Shown piece by piece: positions 1-8,772 of a DNA stretch of 64,000 nt. The stretch's first letter is position 1; the number at the start of each line of letters is the position of its first letter. The translations under genes and the position numbers were made by a program. This stretch comes from Kiritimatiellia bacterium. GTDB lineage: Bacteria; Verrucomicrobiota; Kiritimatiellia; RFP12; UBA1067. The stretch spans positions 531 through 64,530 of the forward strand of contig JAFUEM010000002.1 in assembly GCA_017463935.1 (NCBI GenBank), written 5' to 3'. The notes under the pieces were generated by a model. It was not told where the DNA came from and did not search any database. It saw nothing but the letters and a program-made list of their open reading frames with translations.

Positions 1-1614
1 CGGATTCGCCGCGCCGCGGATGCGCAGGAAGCCCGCGCACTGCTCGAACGCCTTTTCGCCGAGGCCCTTCACCTTCCGGAGCTCCGCGCGGCTCGTGAAC
101 TTGCCGTGCTCGTTGCGGTAGTCGACGATGGCCTTCGCGAGGGTCGGCGTCACGCCCGAGACGCGCTCCAGAAGCGGCGCGGACGCCGTGTTCAGCTCCA
201 CGCCGACGCCGTTCACGCACGAGACGACGACCTCGTCGAGCTTCGCGCCGAGCAGCGCCTGGTTCACGTCGTGCTGGTACTGTCCCACGCCGATCGCCTT
301 GGGATCGACCTTGACGAGCTCCGCGAGCGGATCCTGGAGACGGCGGCCGATCGAGATCGCGCCGCGCACCGTGAGGTCGAGGTCGGGGAATTCCCTGCGC
401 GCGATCTCCGACGCGGAATAGACCGACGCGCCCGCCTCCGAGACGCTGACGACGATCGGCGTCGGGATTTCGGGATGCTGCGCGGCGAGCTTCTTCAGGG
501 TCGCGCGGCAGAACGCTTCCGTCTCGCGGCCCGCGGTGCCGTTGCCGACCGCGATCGCCTCGGGGCGGAACTTGTTGACGATGAGCGCGAGCGCGCGCGC
601 GGCCTCGTCGGGCTTCTGCTGCGGGAAGATCACCGTCTTGCCGAGATACTTGCCCGTCGCGTCCATCATCGCCACCTTGCAGCCCGTGCGGATGCCGGGG
701 TCGATGGCGAGGACCGCCTTTTCGCCGAGCGGCGCGGCGAGGAGCAGGTGGCGCAGGTTCTCCGCGAACACCTCCACCGCCGCGCGGTCGGCCGCCATCT
801 TCTTGTCGACCGTCACGTCGATTTCGCACGACGGCGCGAGGAGGCGCTTGTAGGCGTCCTGCGCCGCGAGCCGCACCTGCTCGCTGTCGTTGTCCAGAAG
901 GCTCATGATGCCGTCGAGCGCGAGCTCCTTGTCGAGCTCCAGCTTCACCCAGAGGACGTTTTCGTTCTGGCCGCGTTTGATGGCGAGGTAGCGGTGGGAG
1001 GGGATCGTCGCGATGGACTCGGCGAAGTCGTAGTACTGCTCGAACTTGGTCGGCTCCGTCGGCTTCGGCGAGGCGACCTCGCTCTTGACGAGCGCCTTCG
1101 TCGCGAAGAGCTGGCGCACGTACCCGCGCACGTTCGCCTGGTCCGCGATGCGCTCGGCGAGGATGTCGCGTGCGTACTGGAGCTCCTCGTCGCTCCGGCC
1201 GGCGGCGGCCGCGTCGCCGTCGGTCCAGATCGCGTCGGCGAGCGGCTCGAAGCCCTTCTCCTTCGCGACCTGCGCGCGCGTGCGGCGCTTGGGCTTGTAG
1301 GGCTGGTAGAGGTCCTCGAGCGCGGACTTCTGGTAGCAGGACGCGATCTGCGCGGCGAGCTCGTCCGTCAGCTTGCCCTGCGCGTCAATCGTCTTCAGGA
1401 TCGTCTCCTTGCGCGTTTCGAGCTCGGTGTAGTAGGCGAGGCGCTCCTGGATCCTGCCGATCGCGACCTCGTCGAGGTTGCCGTGCATCTCCTTGCGGTA
1501 GCGCGCGATGAACGGCACGGTGCTGCCCTCGCCCAGCAGTTTTTCGACGGCGGCGATTTGGCGGGCGTTCGCGCCCACCTCCGTCTGCATTCTCTCAATG
1601 ATCTCCGGTTTCAT
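1..1614 (-). CDS. tex: Transcription accessory protein Tex (N-terminal ~538 codons; 3' end lies beyond window start)
   Basis: Minus-strand translation from ATG 1614 reads MKPEIIERMQTEVGANARQIAAVEKLLGEGSTVPFIARYRKEMHGNLDEV... and stays open to position 1 through the helix-hairpin-helix region (GVELNTASAPLLERVSGVTPTLAKAIVDYRNEHGKF). It is absent from the ORF track because there is no stop in the window. Track ORF 106..1731(+) is its antisense shadow. Confidence 0.9.
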   Translation of the reverse strand, partial: MKPEIIERMQTEVGANARQIAAVEKLLGEGSTVPFIARYRKEMHGNLDEVAIGRIQERLAYYTELETRKETILKTIDAQGKLTDELAAQIASCYQKSALEDLYQPYKPKRRTRAQVAKEKGFEPLADAIWTDGDAAAAGRSDEELQYARDILAERIADQANVRGYVRQLFATKALVKSEVASPKPTEPTKFEQYYDFAESIATIPSHRYLAIKRGQNENVLWVKLELDKELALDGIMSLLDNDSEQVRLAAQDAYKRLLAPSCEIDVTVDKKMAADRAAVEVFAENLRHLLLAAPLGEKAVLAIDPGIRTGCKVAMMDATGKYLGKTVIFPQQKPDEAARALALIVNKFRPEAIAVGNGTAGRETEAFCRATLKKLAAQHPEIPTPIVVSVSEAGASVYSASEIARREFPDLDLTVRGAISIGRRLQDPLAELVKVDPKAIGVGQYQHDVNQALLGAKLDEVVVSCVNGVGVELNTASAPLLERVSGVTPTLAKAIVDYRNEHGKFTSRAELRKVKGLGEKAFEQCAGFLRIRGAANP

Positions 1615-2276
1615 GCCTCTGCATCTTTCATTCTTCTCACGATCCCTTCGCGCGGTTCGGCTTCGGGCGGAATCTTCAGCGGTTCGAGCGGCGCATCGTC
1701 GGCGGGCAGCGAGCGCCACGCCGCCGAATAGATCGGCAGACCCTCGGCGCGGAAGCCGGCCTCGAACTCGGTCCAGACCTCCGGCGGGCGCGGCATCGGC
1801 TCGACGCGCGCGAAACGCGCGTCCGCGGCGAAGCACGCCTCGACGACCTCGAAATATTCGCGGTGGTCGGTCACGAACTCGATGCGCCCGCCGATCGCGA
1901 GGCGCTTCCAGAGCGCGTTCAGGAAGAGGGGGCCGAAGAGGCGGTGCGAATGGTGCTTCTTCTTCGGCCACGGATCCTGGAAGAGCGCGTAGACCGTCCG
2001 CGCGTGGTGCGCCGGCAGGAGGTAGTGGAAGGTGTAGAGCGCCTCCAGGCGCAGGACCCTGGCGTTCGGAATGCGGCCGCGCACGCACTTGCCCGCGAAG
2101 GAGCGCACGCGCCCGAGCATCCGTTCGATGCCGAGAAAGTCGCAGTCGGGATTCGCCTGGGCGCGGCGCGTCAGGAAGCCGCCCGAACCGCAGCCGACTT
2201 CGATTTCCAGCGGGCGCGACAGGTCGATGTCGAGCGGGCGGCACGGATCGGTGACGCGGAGAATGGGATCGATCAT
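1611..2276 (-). CDS. trmB: tRNA (guanine-N7)-methyltransferase
   Basis: The internal ATG at 2276 of track ORF 1611..2612 gives MIDPILRV... SAM motif EVGCGSGGF and the FQDPWPKKKHHSHRL motif are typical of TrmB. ATGA overlaps occur with the pgpA stop (2273) and the tex start (1611-1614). Confidence 0.85.
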   Translation of the reverse strand: MIDPILRVTDPCRPLDIDLSRPLEIEVGCGSGGFLTRRAQANPDCDFLGIERMLGRVRSFAGKCVRGRIPNARVLRLEALYTFHYLLPAHHARTVYALFQDPWPKKKHHSHRLFGPLFLNALWKRLAIGGRIEFVTDHREYFEVVEACFAADARFARVEPMPRPPEVWTEFEAGFRAEGLPIYSAAWRSLPADDAPLEPLKIPPEAEPREGIVRRMKDAEA

Positions 2277-2761
2277 GCGAAGAAGAGGAGATAGAGGGCC
2301 CAGTTGATCGCCAGCGAGTAGAGGTTGGCGACGAAATCGTCGATCACGATGCCGCGGCCGCCGGGGATCGACTGGAGCGACCGGCACGGCCACGGCTTGA
2401 GGATGTCCACGGCGCGCACGACGACGAAGAAGACGGCCATCGCCCACCACGGCAGCGATGCGAGCGGCAGGCCGATGACGGCGAGCGGGTAGAGCATCCA
2501 TTCGTCGGCGGTGATGCGGCCGTCGTCCTTGATGCCGAGCAGCCGTTCGGCGACGTCGCAGAACGGGATCGCGAGCAGCGTCAGGCCGAGGCACGCGGGC
2601 AGCTGCGCCCACAGCGGCAGGCGCGTCGTCGCGTAGGCGAGCGCGACGCCGGCGGCGCTACCGAACGTGCCGGGCGCGAACGGCACCGCGAGGCCGACGC
2701 CGAATCCCGTCGCCACGAAGAGGCAGAACCTGTCAAATCCACTCCAGTTGTCCTTCATCAT
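2273..2761 (-). CDS. pgpA: Phosphatidylglycerophosphatase A
   Basis: MMKDNWSGFDRFCLFVATGFGVGLAVPFAPGTFGSAAGVAL... is the PgpA-type membrane protein signature. Start is ATG 2761 (alternatives 2758 or 2779). The upstream part of track ORF 2273..2941 is not coding. Confidence 0.75.
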   Translation of the reverse strand: MMKDNWSGFDRFCLFVATGFGVGLAVPFAPGTFGSAAGVALAYATTRLPLWAQLPACLGLTLLAIPFCDVAERLLGIKDDGRITADEWMLYPLAVIGLPLASLPWWAMAVFFVVVRAVDILKPWPCRSLQSIPGGRGIVIDDFVANLYSLAINWALYLLFFA

Positions 2762-2820
2762 GGGCGCATAGTATATCATAATTCCCGCCGCCCCCGCCGC
2801 GCGGACGCGGGCGGCCGGGG

Positions 2821-2855
2821 CCGAGAAACACAAAAGGCCGCCCTTTCGGACGGCC
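2821..2855 (-). terminator. Rho-independent terminator (minus strand)
   Basis: On the minus strand, GGCCGTCC-GAAA-GGGCGGCC (2836-2855; 8-bp stem including one G-U, GNRA loop) is followed by TTTTGTGTTTCT. The core 18-mer GCCGCCCTTTCGGACGGC recurs at 19779-19796. Confidence 0.7.
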
Positions 2856-2860
2856 ATCGA

Positions 2861-2888
2861 CTTCAGACTTCGGACTTCCGACTTCCGG
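2861..2888. repeat. Tandem heptamer block (CTTCNGA x4)
   Basis: Reads cttcaga cttcgga cttccga cttccgg. It starts exactly where homology of the truncated GT2 copy to its intact paralogue ends. Confidence 0.85.
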
Positions 2889-3281
2889 TGACTCAAATGC
2901 GGAGGCGACATGCGCCAGCGTCTCGTCGCTTGCCAGCACATCGTCGGCGTTCAAGATTCCAACGACATCGCCCGTCGCCATCTTGATGCCCTTGTTGATG
3001 GCGTCGTACATGCCCCTGTCCGGCTCGCTGATCCAGCGGAAGGTACACCGCTTGTTTTGAACGCAGAGCCGCAGAGGCGCAGAGTCTTTTAAATGTGCCG
3101 AACACGTAGCAGGCTCAATCTTTGCCGCATACTCCTTTATTACATCGACCGTGCCATCGGACGAGCCGCCGTCAACGACGATGTACTCGACATCTACGCC
3201 CTTCTGCGAAAGGACGCTCTCAATCGCCGTCCCAATCGTCTCCGCGCTGTTGTAGCAAGCGGTTATAAGTGAAATCTTCAT
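2889..3281 (-). pseudogene. Family-2 glycosyltransferase, 5' fragment (truncated paralogue of 23443..24225)
   Basis: MKISLITACYNSAETIGTAIESVLSQKGVDVEYIVVDGGSSDGT... matches the intact copy up to ...TLAHVASAFES, and then homology stops. It carries a ~22-codon insertion containing CGCAGAG repeats. The C-terminal ~130 codons are missing. Confidence 0.8.
3062..3085. repeat. Tandem octamer block (CGCAGAGN x3)
   Basis: Reads cgcagagc cgcagagg cgcagagt, read through in frame as ..APLRLCV.. The same unit recurs at 22030-22062. Confidence 0.85.
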
Positions 3282-4133
3282 TTGCAAATCCTCTCTATCG
3301 CCTTTTTCAGCAACTCCACTCTCTCCGCATCAGTTCCGTCTCGGTACCCCTTCAGGCAAACCAACCGCCCACCGTATGAATTTCCATCTTCCCACGCCGG
3401 AGCACCGTCTGTGGTAATGACTCTCTTCCCGCGCTCGAGGGCTTCGGCGACGACACGTCCGAAGTTCTCAGAAAGCGTTGGTAGCACAAGGACTTCGCAC
3501 CATTGCCACACGCGTTCAAGTTCCTCGCCCTGTGCGTCAGAGACAATCCGCAACTCGACATTAGGTAGACCAGCTACGGCCTGTTCAAGATATTCAATGC
3601 CTTTTAAGGGATGCTTGCGCCCAAGATACAGCAAATGTACTGGATTGGAAATGTACTGGATTGGAAATGATAAAATGGGTCTGACTTGTTTTATCATTTT
3701 GCGGCAGGCAGAAAAAGCGCTTTAGATTTGTGAGTTCAATTTTCCGTGCCCCTGGTTCGTATTCTCTTATCCATTTTGCTTCTGCTTCGCATGTAGCAAG
3801 CAGCACATCAGCCCTTCGTAGCATACGATGTTCAAAGAATGATACAAGTTTCTTCTTCCACCCGTGATATGCTCTACGCACAGGGTCATAGCTACCAGCC
3901 GGACGAATGTACAGCTTTGCGCCAACCGCTTTCGCCTTCTTCGCCACCCGCCACAACACCGGCAGCCACGCGCCATGTATCATTACAACATCGACGCCAG
4001 CAACGATCTGGGCGTGGATATTCGTCAAGCTCGAATCATCACCCCGTGCAAGCTCTTCATTGACAAACTGCCGCGCAGTATTTGCCATCCCGTTCCAGGA
4101 CTGTAATCCTGCGCAAAAGTGGACAACTTTCAT
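3278..4133 (-). pseudogene. GT4 (group 1) glycosyltransferase, frameshifted paralogue of 24222..25112
   Basis: ORFs 3594..4133 and 3278..3697 together align end to end with the intact GT4: MKVVHFCAGLQSWNG vs MRILHICAGWQKWNG, LLYLGRKHPLKG vs LLYLGRRHPLKG, and C-terminus ..ERVELLKKAIERICK in both. The frame breaks inside the 16-nt tandem duplication at 3633-3664. Confidence 0.85.
3633..3664. repeat. 16-nt perfect tandem duplication (AAATGTACTGGATTGG x2)
   Basis: The two units read directly at 3633-3648 and 3649-3664. Removing one unit joins ..HFIISNPVH to LLYLGRKHPLKG.. in one frame. Confidence 0.9.
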
Positions 4134-4604
4134 TCTGCTGCCATATTGTACTTTCGACCGCTCAATCTCATCGAATCAAATTTACGCTTCACCCAACTCC
4201 CATCCAATACCGAAGCTATTCTGGTAAGATTGCGCCAAAAGTGTTCATGTCTAATGCCGAGCTTGCACATCAAGTGCGCTCTCTCCGCCCTATGTTCATC
4301 GCGATTTTTCCCTCCCATCGTCTTTGATTCATCATGTACGCGAAACCCCCATACATAACCGCCTAGCCCGACAAACCTCTCGCCCGCCTTCGCCCAGCGC
4401 GTCCAAAGATCAATGTCCATCACATACTTAAGCTCAGCGTCAAATCCGCCGCGCTTCTCCCAAAGCTCACGGCTGAAAAACGCACTCGGCCCTCCCGTCC
4501 AGACACTCAGATTCTTCCGAACCAACTACGCCACTTCGCATCCGTCCTGACATCCTTCACAATCCCTTGTTCGTCGATATAAACAGTATCTCCTACTACC
4601 CAAT

Positions 4605-4637
4605 TAATCCTGTCAATCCTGTTAATCCGGTCCAAAA
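4605..4637 (+). repeat. 32-nt tri-nonamer element, AATCCTGT family, copy A
   Basis: taatcctgtcaatcctgttaatccggtccaaaa versus consensus cAATCCTGTaAATCCTGTtAATCCTGTcAAAA has 3 mismatches and 1 extra base. It is read in frame as ..LDRINRIDRIN.. Confidence 0.85.
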
Positions 4638-4782
4638 CTTTCTTCAGCGCACCAGGCAGCAGAACATCATCGGCATTCAGCCAGAACAGCCACTCGCCCT
4701 TCGCCTTCTCAAACCCCTTGTTCAGCGCATCGCTCTGTCCGGCATCTGGCTCCCGAATCCATTCCACACCTCGCAAATCCAC

Positions 4783-4812
4783 CACTCCCAACTCCTCCAC
4801 TCCCAACTCCTC
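4783..4812. repeat. 15-nt perfect tandem duplication (CCACTCCCAACTCCT x2)
   Basis: Read directly and encodes EELGVEELGV. It sits at the N-terminal truncation point of the GT2 pseudogene. Confidence 0.85.
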
Positions 4813-4845
4813 CGTCCTGCACAATGATCTCCAAGCCCCTGCGCT

Positions 4846-5313
4846 TTAAGCGAATCGATAGCTTCGCCAAAGAAAGGTCTTCAGCAGCGGCAACGTTGTA
4901 TCCTTCGCATAGTCGCCAGTCGCAATAATCTTACTCGCCTTCCCCGCCTTGAACAATCTTGCCGCCTGCCAGACGCGATCGGCGCTTGTCGCCATCTCTG
5001 CATATGAACTCGTGTTCGTCTCGATGCCCATCGAACCACCCAGCAGCACTATTACGTCCGCTTCGGGGAACGACTCCACCATCGGCACCCTGCCATCCAC
5101 CAGAAACTCCTTCTCCAACGGCACGCCGACAATCCAAGTCATAATCGGCGTCATCCATTGCCACAGCCATGCGACAGTCAGCCAGCCGAGCCACTTCGCC
5201 ACGCGCTGCCGCTTCAGCCGAGCGCAAATCAACGCCCCCGCGCCGCCAATAATCGCAAGCCCGACGGGGCTCACCACACAACCTATTAATTTATGTAGTA
5301 CATATCTGCTCAA
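4846..5313 (-). pseudogene. DUF218 (YdcF/ElyC-like) protein, C-terminally truncated paralogue of 25936..26670
   Basis: TTG start. ..VLLGGS.. and RVWQAARLFKAGKA align with ..VLLGGG.. and RVWYAAKLYNAGKA of the 244-aa copy, but the ORF diverges and stops about 90 codons early. Confidence 0.55.
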
Positions 5314-5447
5314 CTCAAACTGTCACGGCAGATATTTTACCATTTCCTGATGAGTTGGAGCACCGAAAACTGAGGCGTCAAAACCATCCGCGGCACCGGC
5401 TATCACCTCTCCCCAGACTACCTCACACGCGCCCCCCTCGGCACTTG

Positions 5448-6077
5448 CTAATCTTCATGAATTCCAACAAGCCTAATTGTCATCTCCGATGGAAGTCCGT
5501 TTGTCAGCGCATTAACATCCGCGGCCTTGTCAACAGAAAGTAATGCGTCTGCAGCATTGAATCTAAACGCATCCCTCAATGAAATGACGTCAGGAATTTC
5601 CGGGCCGAACAATGCCGACCATACATTTGTGGATCTTTCAAGACCAGATGTCGGTGCAATCGGAATCGTATTCGTGGCAATGGAATAAATCTTCGCATAC
5701 TCTTCACCCAAAGCCAATGACTGCATCAGAACAAGGCGAGCCCCAAAGAACCGCCAGTCTTTTGGCCTGTTTGCATATTCGCGCTCTATAGCCCACAGCA
5801 GATTTGTCGCTTCCACACGAGCCAAAGTGTCGTGTTCCGTTTCCGCACGCTCAAGAAGCACTGCAGACTTAAGCAATCTACACTCAACCAGTTCGTCGCC
5901 ATTGGTTGTTGCCACAATGAGCGCATTGATTTGATTCATGGAGCCCATCCTCTCCAGATAATTTGTAGATGAAAAGTCATGAAGAATGCTAGTCATCTGT
6001 TCGTGATAATTGACCTCTGCAGGCAGCGCGAACACTGCGCAACAAACAGCCAATACTGATAGGAATTTAACTTTCAT
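5448..6077 (-). CDS. Secreted hypothetical protein (accessory protein of envelope module 1)
   Basis: ATG 6077 overlaps the upstream stop (ATGA). Signal peptide MKVKFLSVLAVCCAVFALPA. It shows weak similarity (NYH.., ..ATTNGDELV vs ..AANTNDLV) to 11859..12323 and 12333..12809. Confidence 0.6.
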   Translation of the reverse strand: MKVKFLSVLAVCCAVFALPAEVNYHEQMTSILHDFSSTNYLERMGSMNQINALIVATTNGDELVECRLLKSAVLLERAETEHDTLARVEATNLLWAIEREYANRPKDWRFFGARLVLMQSLALGEEYAKIYSIATNTIPIAPTSGLERSTNVWSALFGPEIPDVISLRDAFRFNAADALLSVDKAADVNALTNGLPSEMTIRLVGIHED

Positions 6078-8599
6078 AGATTTATTTCCTCCACGATCTC
6101 CAGATATTTACTGCGTAGATTCCATCCTCGACCGTCTCTCCTGAAATATCTATACTCGATCTTTCCACCTTGCAGAAGCCGTATTGCACAGGCATTGCGA
6201 CCATTCATATTATCGTTTGCCCGCATCCATGCCGCCACGTCACCAAGTGAACTCCTATTCGCGCACCAGCTATTGATGATTTGCACACCGCCTTGGTTGT
6301 CAAGCGGCGCCTTCCAGCAATATCCGAGAAGCGCACTTGCGCCTGATAATGTTGCCCATTTTAATCCTGGGCTCGCTGAATGACTTGCCGGATTTGAATA
6401 ATGATTTCCCTTGTCGCCGATGTCCAACACCGAACATCCGGCAAAAATGACCGTCTCAACATCCCTCCAATGGTTTGTCACGTCCGCCGGCACCGCAACG
6501 CCGTAAAGCCTTCCGGTGTCATGCTCGCCATGCCCCGAATAGTAGAACACATCGGCCTGCTGCTGGCACTGCTTCTTCGTAGAACAAGACGCTCCGCACG
6601 ATGCCATAAGGCAGCCCGTCCCTGCCGCCTGAACGGTCTTGAGGTTAAACTCGCCCTCGGGTATCTGCGCGTCGGCATTGCCGCCCCATCTTCCGCGCGC
6701 CCGTCCATAAAGTCGACCCGTCGTATTCTCATCAAAGCAGTCGCTGTCTATCCTGTCACTTCCCGCGTCGGGCCCATTTGCCATGTCAACCGAGGTCTTG
6801 GCGACAATTTCATCATCGGCATTGCGAATAATGCCATTCGACTGGAGCCAGGCGGCAGCAACCGACACGCGAAAGACGTTCTGCCCTTGCGAAGTCGTAG
6901 TTGTCGCGCTTATGGGAATCGCCGCACCAGCTATATCGTGCGCTCCGTCAAAATCGACATAATACGATTTGAGCCGGATTCTCCCGCCAAAGAGCCCTAC
7001 AAAGGCGGAGACTGTCATCTCAGAACCGCCGACAGTCGCCTTCACAATGACAGACTCTCCGACTATCACAGGGTATTTCCATTCAATGGCGTTGCCAGAA
7101 GCGTCCAGTATCTCAAGACTGACGCCGCGACTTTCAATCTCGTCAATGCTCGCCTGGTCTTCATAATAGCAACGACATCTCCCCCGCCAGGAGAACGGAT
7201 ACGAATACCCTTCCCATTTTGCGGCACCCGAAAGCGAATGTTCCGAACCGCCGCAGAGACATTGCAGGGAGCAACCCCACGAGAAACCAATCTCGTTCGT
7301 CACGCACGAGCAGCAACCGCCTGCGATGTTAAGGATTCTCGGGCCGACATCTATTGGCGAAGTGTGTGCAACATAGCTGTCGGAACCGCCGCGCATCTGA
7401 ACCCGCTCAAACGGCAACTCCAACGGCAAAGAAACGGTTAATCGGTTCGCGTCGTTTGTCACGATCTCCGCGTATTCGCTCGACACGGCAGAGTAGTCAA
7501 TCGGCAAGTTGCTATCGACTGCGTATGTCGCGCCAGCGAGAAGCGGGATGTGACAGACTTGGTTTGTCCGCGCAATGATCACATGGTCGCCAAGGTCGCT
7601 CGCTCCATCGCAAGTGACGCGGATCGCCGCAACGCCGAGAAGCCCAGTTACCGAAAGATCAAGCCAGTAGTAGGCATCGGGATTCGCGTTTGGTGGCAAG
7701 CCGTTTGCCGCGTCAAAGAAATCTCCGTCGTAGCTTGCCGGGTTCGCGTCTCGCTCGTTATGGATTCCATCATCATCCCAATCGTCGGGGTTGATGCGGC
7801 GGCAGACAGTCTCGACATCGTTGGAGCGTGTCAGGAAATCGCCATTGGGGGAAAGGATGATCTGCGCGTTGACGGGGCAGTTCGTGTCGCCGCCGAGGAA
7901 GAAGCTTTCCCATGTGAGGATGCGGACCCCGTCTTCGCCATCAAGCCGCCACAGTCGGCTTTGTTCTGGAACGGCAGACATTGGAACGCCAACGGCGCAG
8001 ATTTCGTGCGCGGCATCGTGCGGAGCCGGGCGTATGCGACCATCGATGAAATACCAAAACGACGAAAACGCCTCGTCGTTTGTGCCGAGCGGGAACGACC
8101 AATTGGTAGGGACGAGCGTCCCGCTCGTCCGCAAAACGCCGAAATCAACCACATTGTTCCCGAACGACGATGCCGCGCCGTGGATGTGCCAGTTCCCGAC
8201 AAGCGCTGCGTTCGTAGGCATCGCATACGAAACCGCCGCATTAGTCGTAACGCTCTCCACTCGCCACCCGCGCATAATGTCATCAATAGTTGTCTGGACA
8301 GGATTCACAAGGCTTATAAGATTACCAATCCCCACCAATCCTGTCAATCCTGTCAAAAAACTTCCACTAGGTTGCATCTGCGGCTGATTCATATTCGGCG
8401 GCACATTGTTCGTCTTCTGCGCGGTAAGAGTTGCGACAACTGCCGCTGCGGCAAACCCCAGCAAAAGCGAGCGCGGCAACCGGCGAAGTGCCCGCAGACC
8501 AACAACAGCGGCGTATGCAGCCGCAACAGCGAACATCGCCATTACAGTGCAGTAGCCAATATATAACCAATCCACTATCACTTCATTCCCCAAATCCAC
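6074..8599 (-). CDS. Giant membrane-anchored Cys-rich protein with C-terminal CHAT/caspase-like domain (envelope module 1)
   Basis: GTG 8599 lies 8 nt after GGGAGAAG. There are two N-terminal hydrophobic segments. A roughly 370-aa region is shared with 12842..15658 (AMPTNA, HGAxSxFG, SRLW, TWExFFxGGDTNxxVNAQI, NGDFxxRSND, RRINPxDWDxDG, CDGxSxLGD). Then come a Cys cluster (GGCCSCV..CLCGG..GRCRCY) and a C-terminal FYYSGHG-(31 aa)-CSVLD..LLGYCWKAPLD. Confidence 0.7.
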   Translation of the reverse strand: MDLGNEVIVDWLYIGYCTVMAMFAVAAAYAAVVGLRALRRLPRSLLLGFAAAAVVATLTAQKTNNVPPNMNQPQMQPSGSFLTGLTGLVGIGNLISLVNPVQTTIDDIMRGWRVESVTTNAAVSYAMPTNAALVGNWHIHGAASSFGNNVVDFGVLRTSGTLVPTNWSFPLGTNDEAFSSFWYFIDGRIRPAPHDAAHEICAVGVPMSAVPEQSRLWRLDGEDGVRILTWESFFLGGDTNCPVNAQIILSPNGDFLTRSNDVETVCRRINPDDWDDDGIHNERDANPASYDGDFFDAANGLPPNANPDAYYWLDLSVTGLLGVAAIRVTCDGASDLGDHVIIARTNQVCHIPLLAGATYAVDSNLPIDYSAVSSEYAEIVTNDANRLTVSLPLELPFERVQMRGGSDSYVAHTSPIDVGPRILNIAGGCCSCVTNEIGFSWGCSLQCLCGGSEHSLSGAAKWEGYSYPFSWRGRCRCYYEDQASIDEIESRGVSLEILDASGNAIEWKYPVIVGESVIVKATVGGSEMTVSAFVGLFGGRIRLKSYYVDFDGAHDIAGAAIPISATTTTSQGQNVFRVSVAAAWLQSNGIIRNADDEIVAKTSVDMANGPDAGSDRIDSDCFDENTTGRLYGRARGRWGGNADAQIPEGEFNLKTVQAAGTGCLMASCGASCSTKKQCQQQADVFYYSGHGEHDTGRLYGVAVPADVTNHWRDVETVIFAGCSVLDIGDKGNHYSNPASHSASPGLKWATLSGASALLGYCWKAPLDNQGGVQIINSWCANRSSLGDVAAWMRANDNMNGRNACAIRLLQGGKIEYRYFRRDGRGWNLRSKYLEIVEEINL
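8297..8360. repeat. Back-to-back inverted pair of AATCCTGT-family blocks (copy B plus a degenerate partner)
   Basis: gacaggattcacaaggcttataagatt (8297-8323, reverse orientation, degenerate) is followed by caatccccaccaatcctgtcaatcctgtcaaaaaa (8326-8360). Both are read in frame as ..FLTGLTGLVGIGNLISLVNPVQ.. in the linker after the membrane anchor. Confidence 0.8.
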
Positions 8600-8675
8600 C
8601 CATCAATCTTCTCCCTATGTCCCCTGCCCAACCCACCACGCGCAGTTCTTCCGTGTCACCCATTGAAATCACATA

Positions 8676-8717
8676 GTTATCTTCTACGGAAGGAAACGTC
8701 CTTCTGTAGAAGATAAC
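8676..8717. other. 19-bp stem hairpin (possible terminator or insulator)
   Basis: gttatcttctacggaagga-aacg-tccttctgtagaagataac has 18 Watson-Crick pairs plus one G-T and a 4-nt loop. There is no clear U-tail on either strand. It lies between the defence pair and the 841-aa gene. Confidence 0.6.
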
Positions 8718-8772
8718 CCCTTTCATCTGTGGATAAATCCACTTTCGTCGTTAGCCCCGCCAATCTGTGGAA

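Larger units (their letters stand above)
4130..4824 (-). pseudogene. Family-2 glycosyltransferase, N-terminally truncated and frameshifted
   Basis: ORFs 4507..4824 (..WIREPDAGQSDALNKG..WLFWLNADDV..) and 4130..4525 (..GGPSAFFSRELWEKRGGFD..) lie in different frames and jointly resemble one GT2. The nucleotide-binding N-terminus is absent and only a TTG start is available. Confidence 0.7.

Noticed and set aside
106-1731. 541-aa plus-strand ORF, plus the nested plus-strand ORFs 128..421, 536..853, 1046..1300 and 1170..1511.
   Set aside because: R/A/L/D-rich low-information composition typical of antisense frames in GC-rich DNA. The opposite strand encodes an unmistakable Tex protein.
6401-8566. 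Plus-strand ORFs 6401..7441 and 7550..8566 (also 13404..14231, 14715..15188, 16212..17030(-) and 20932..21813).
   Set aside because: Each lies antisense to a gene with clear paralogue or domain support. Their compositions are Arg- and Ser-rich with no recognisable motifs.
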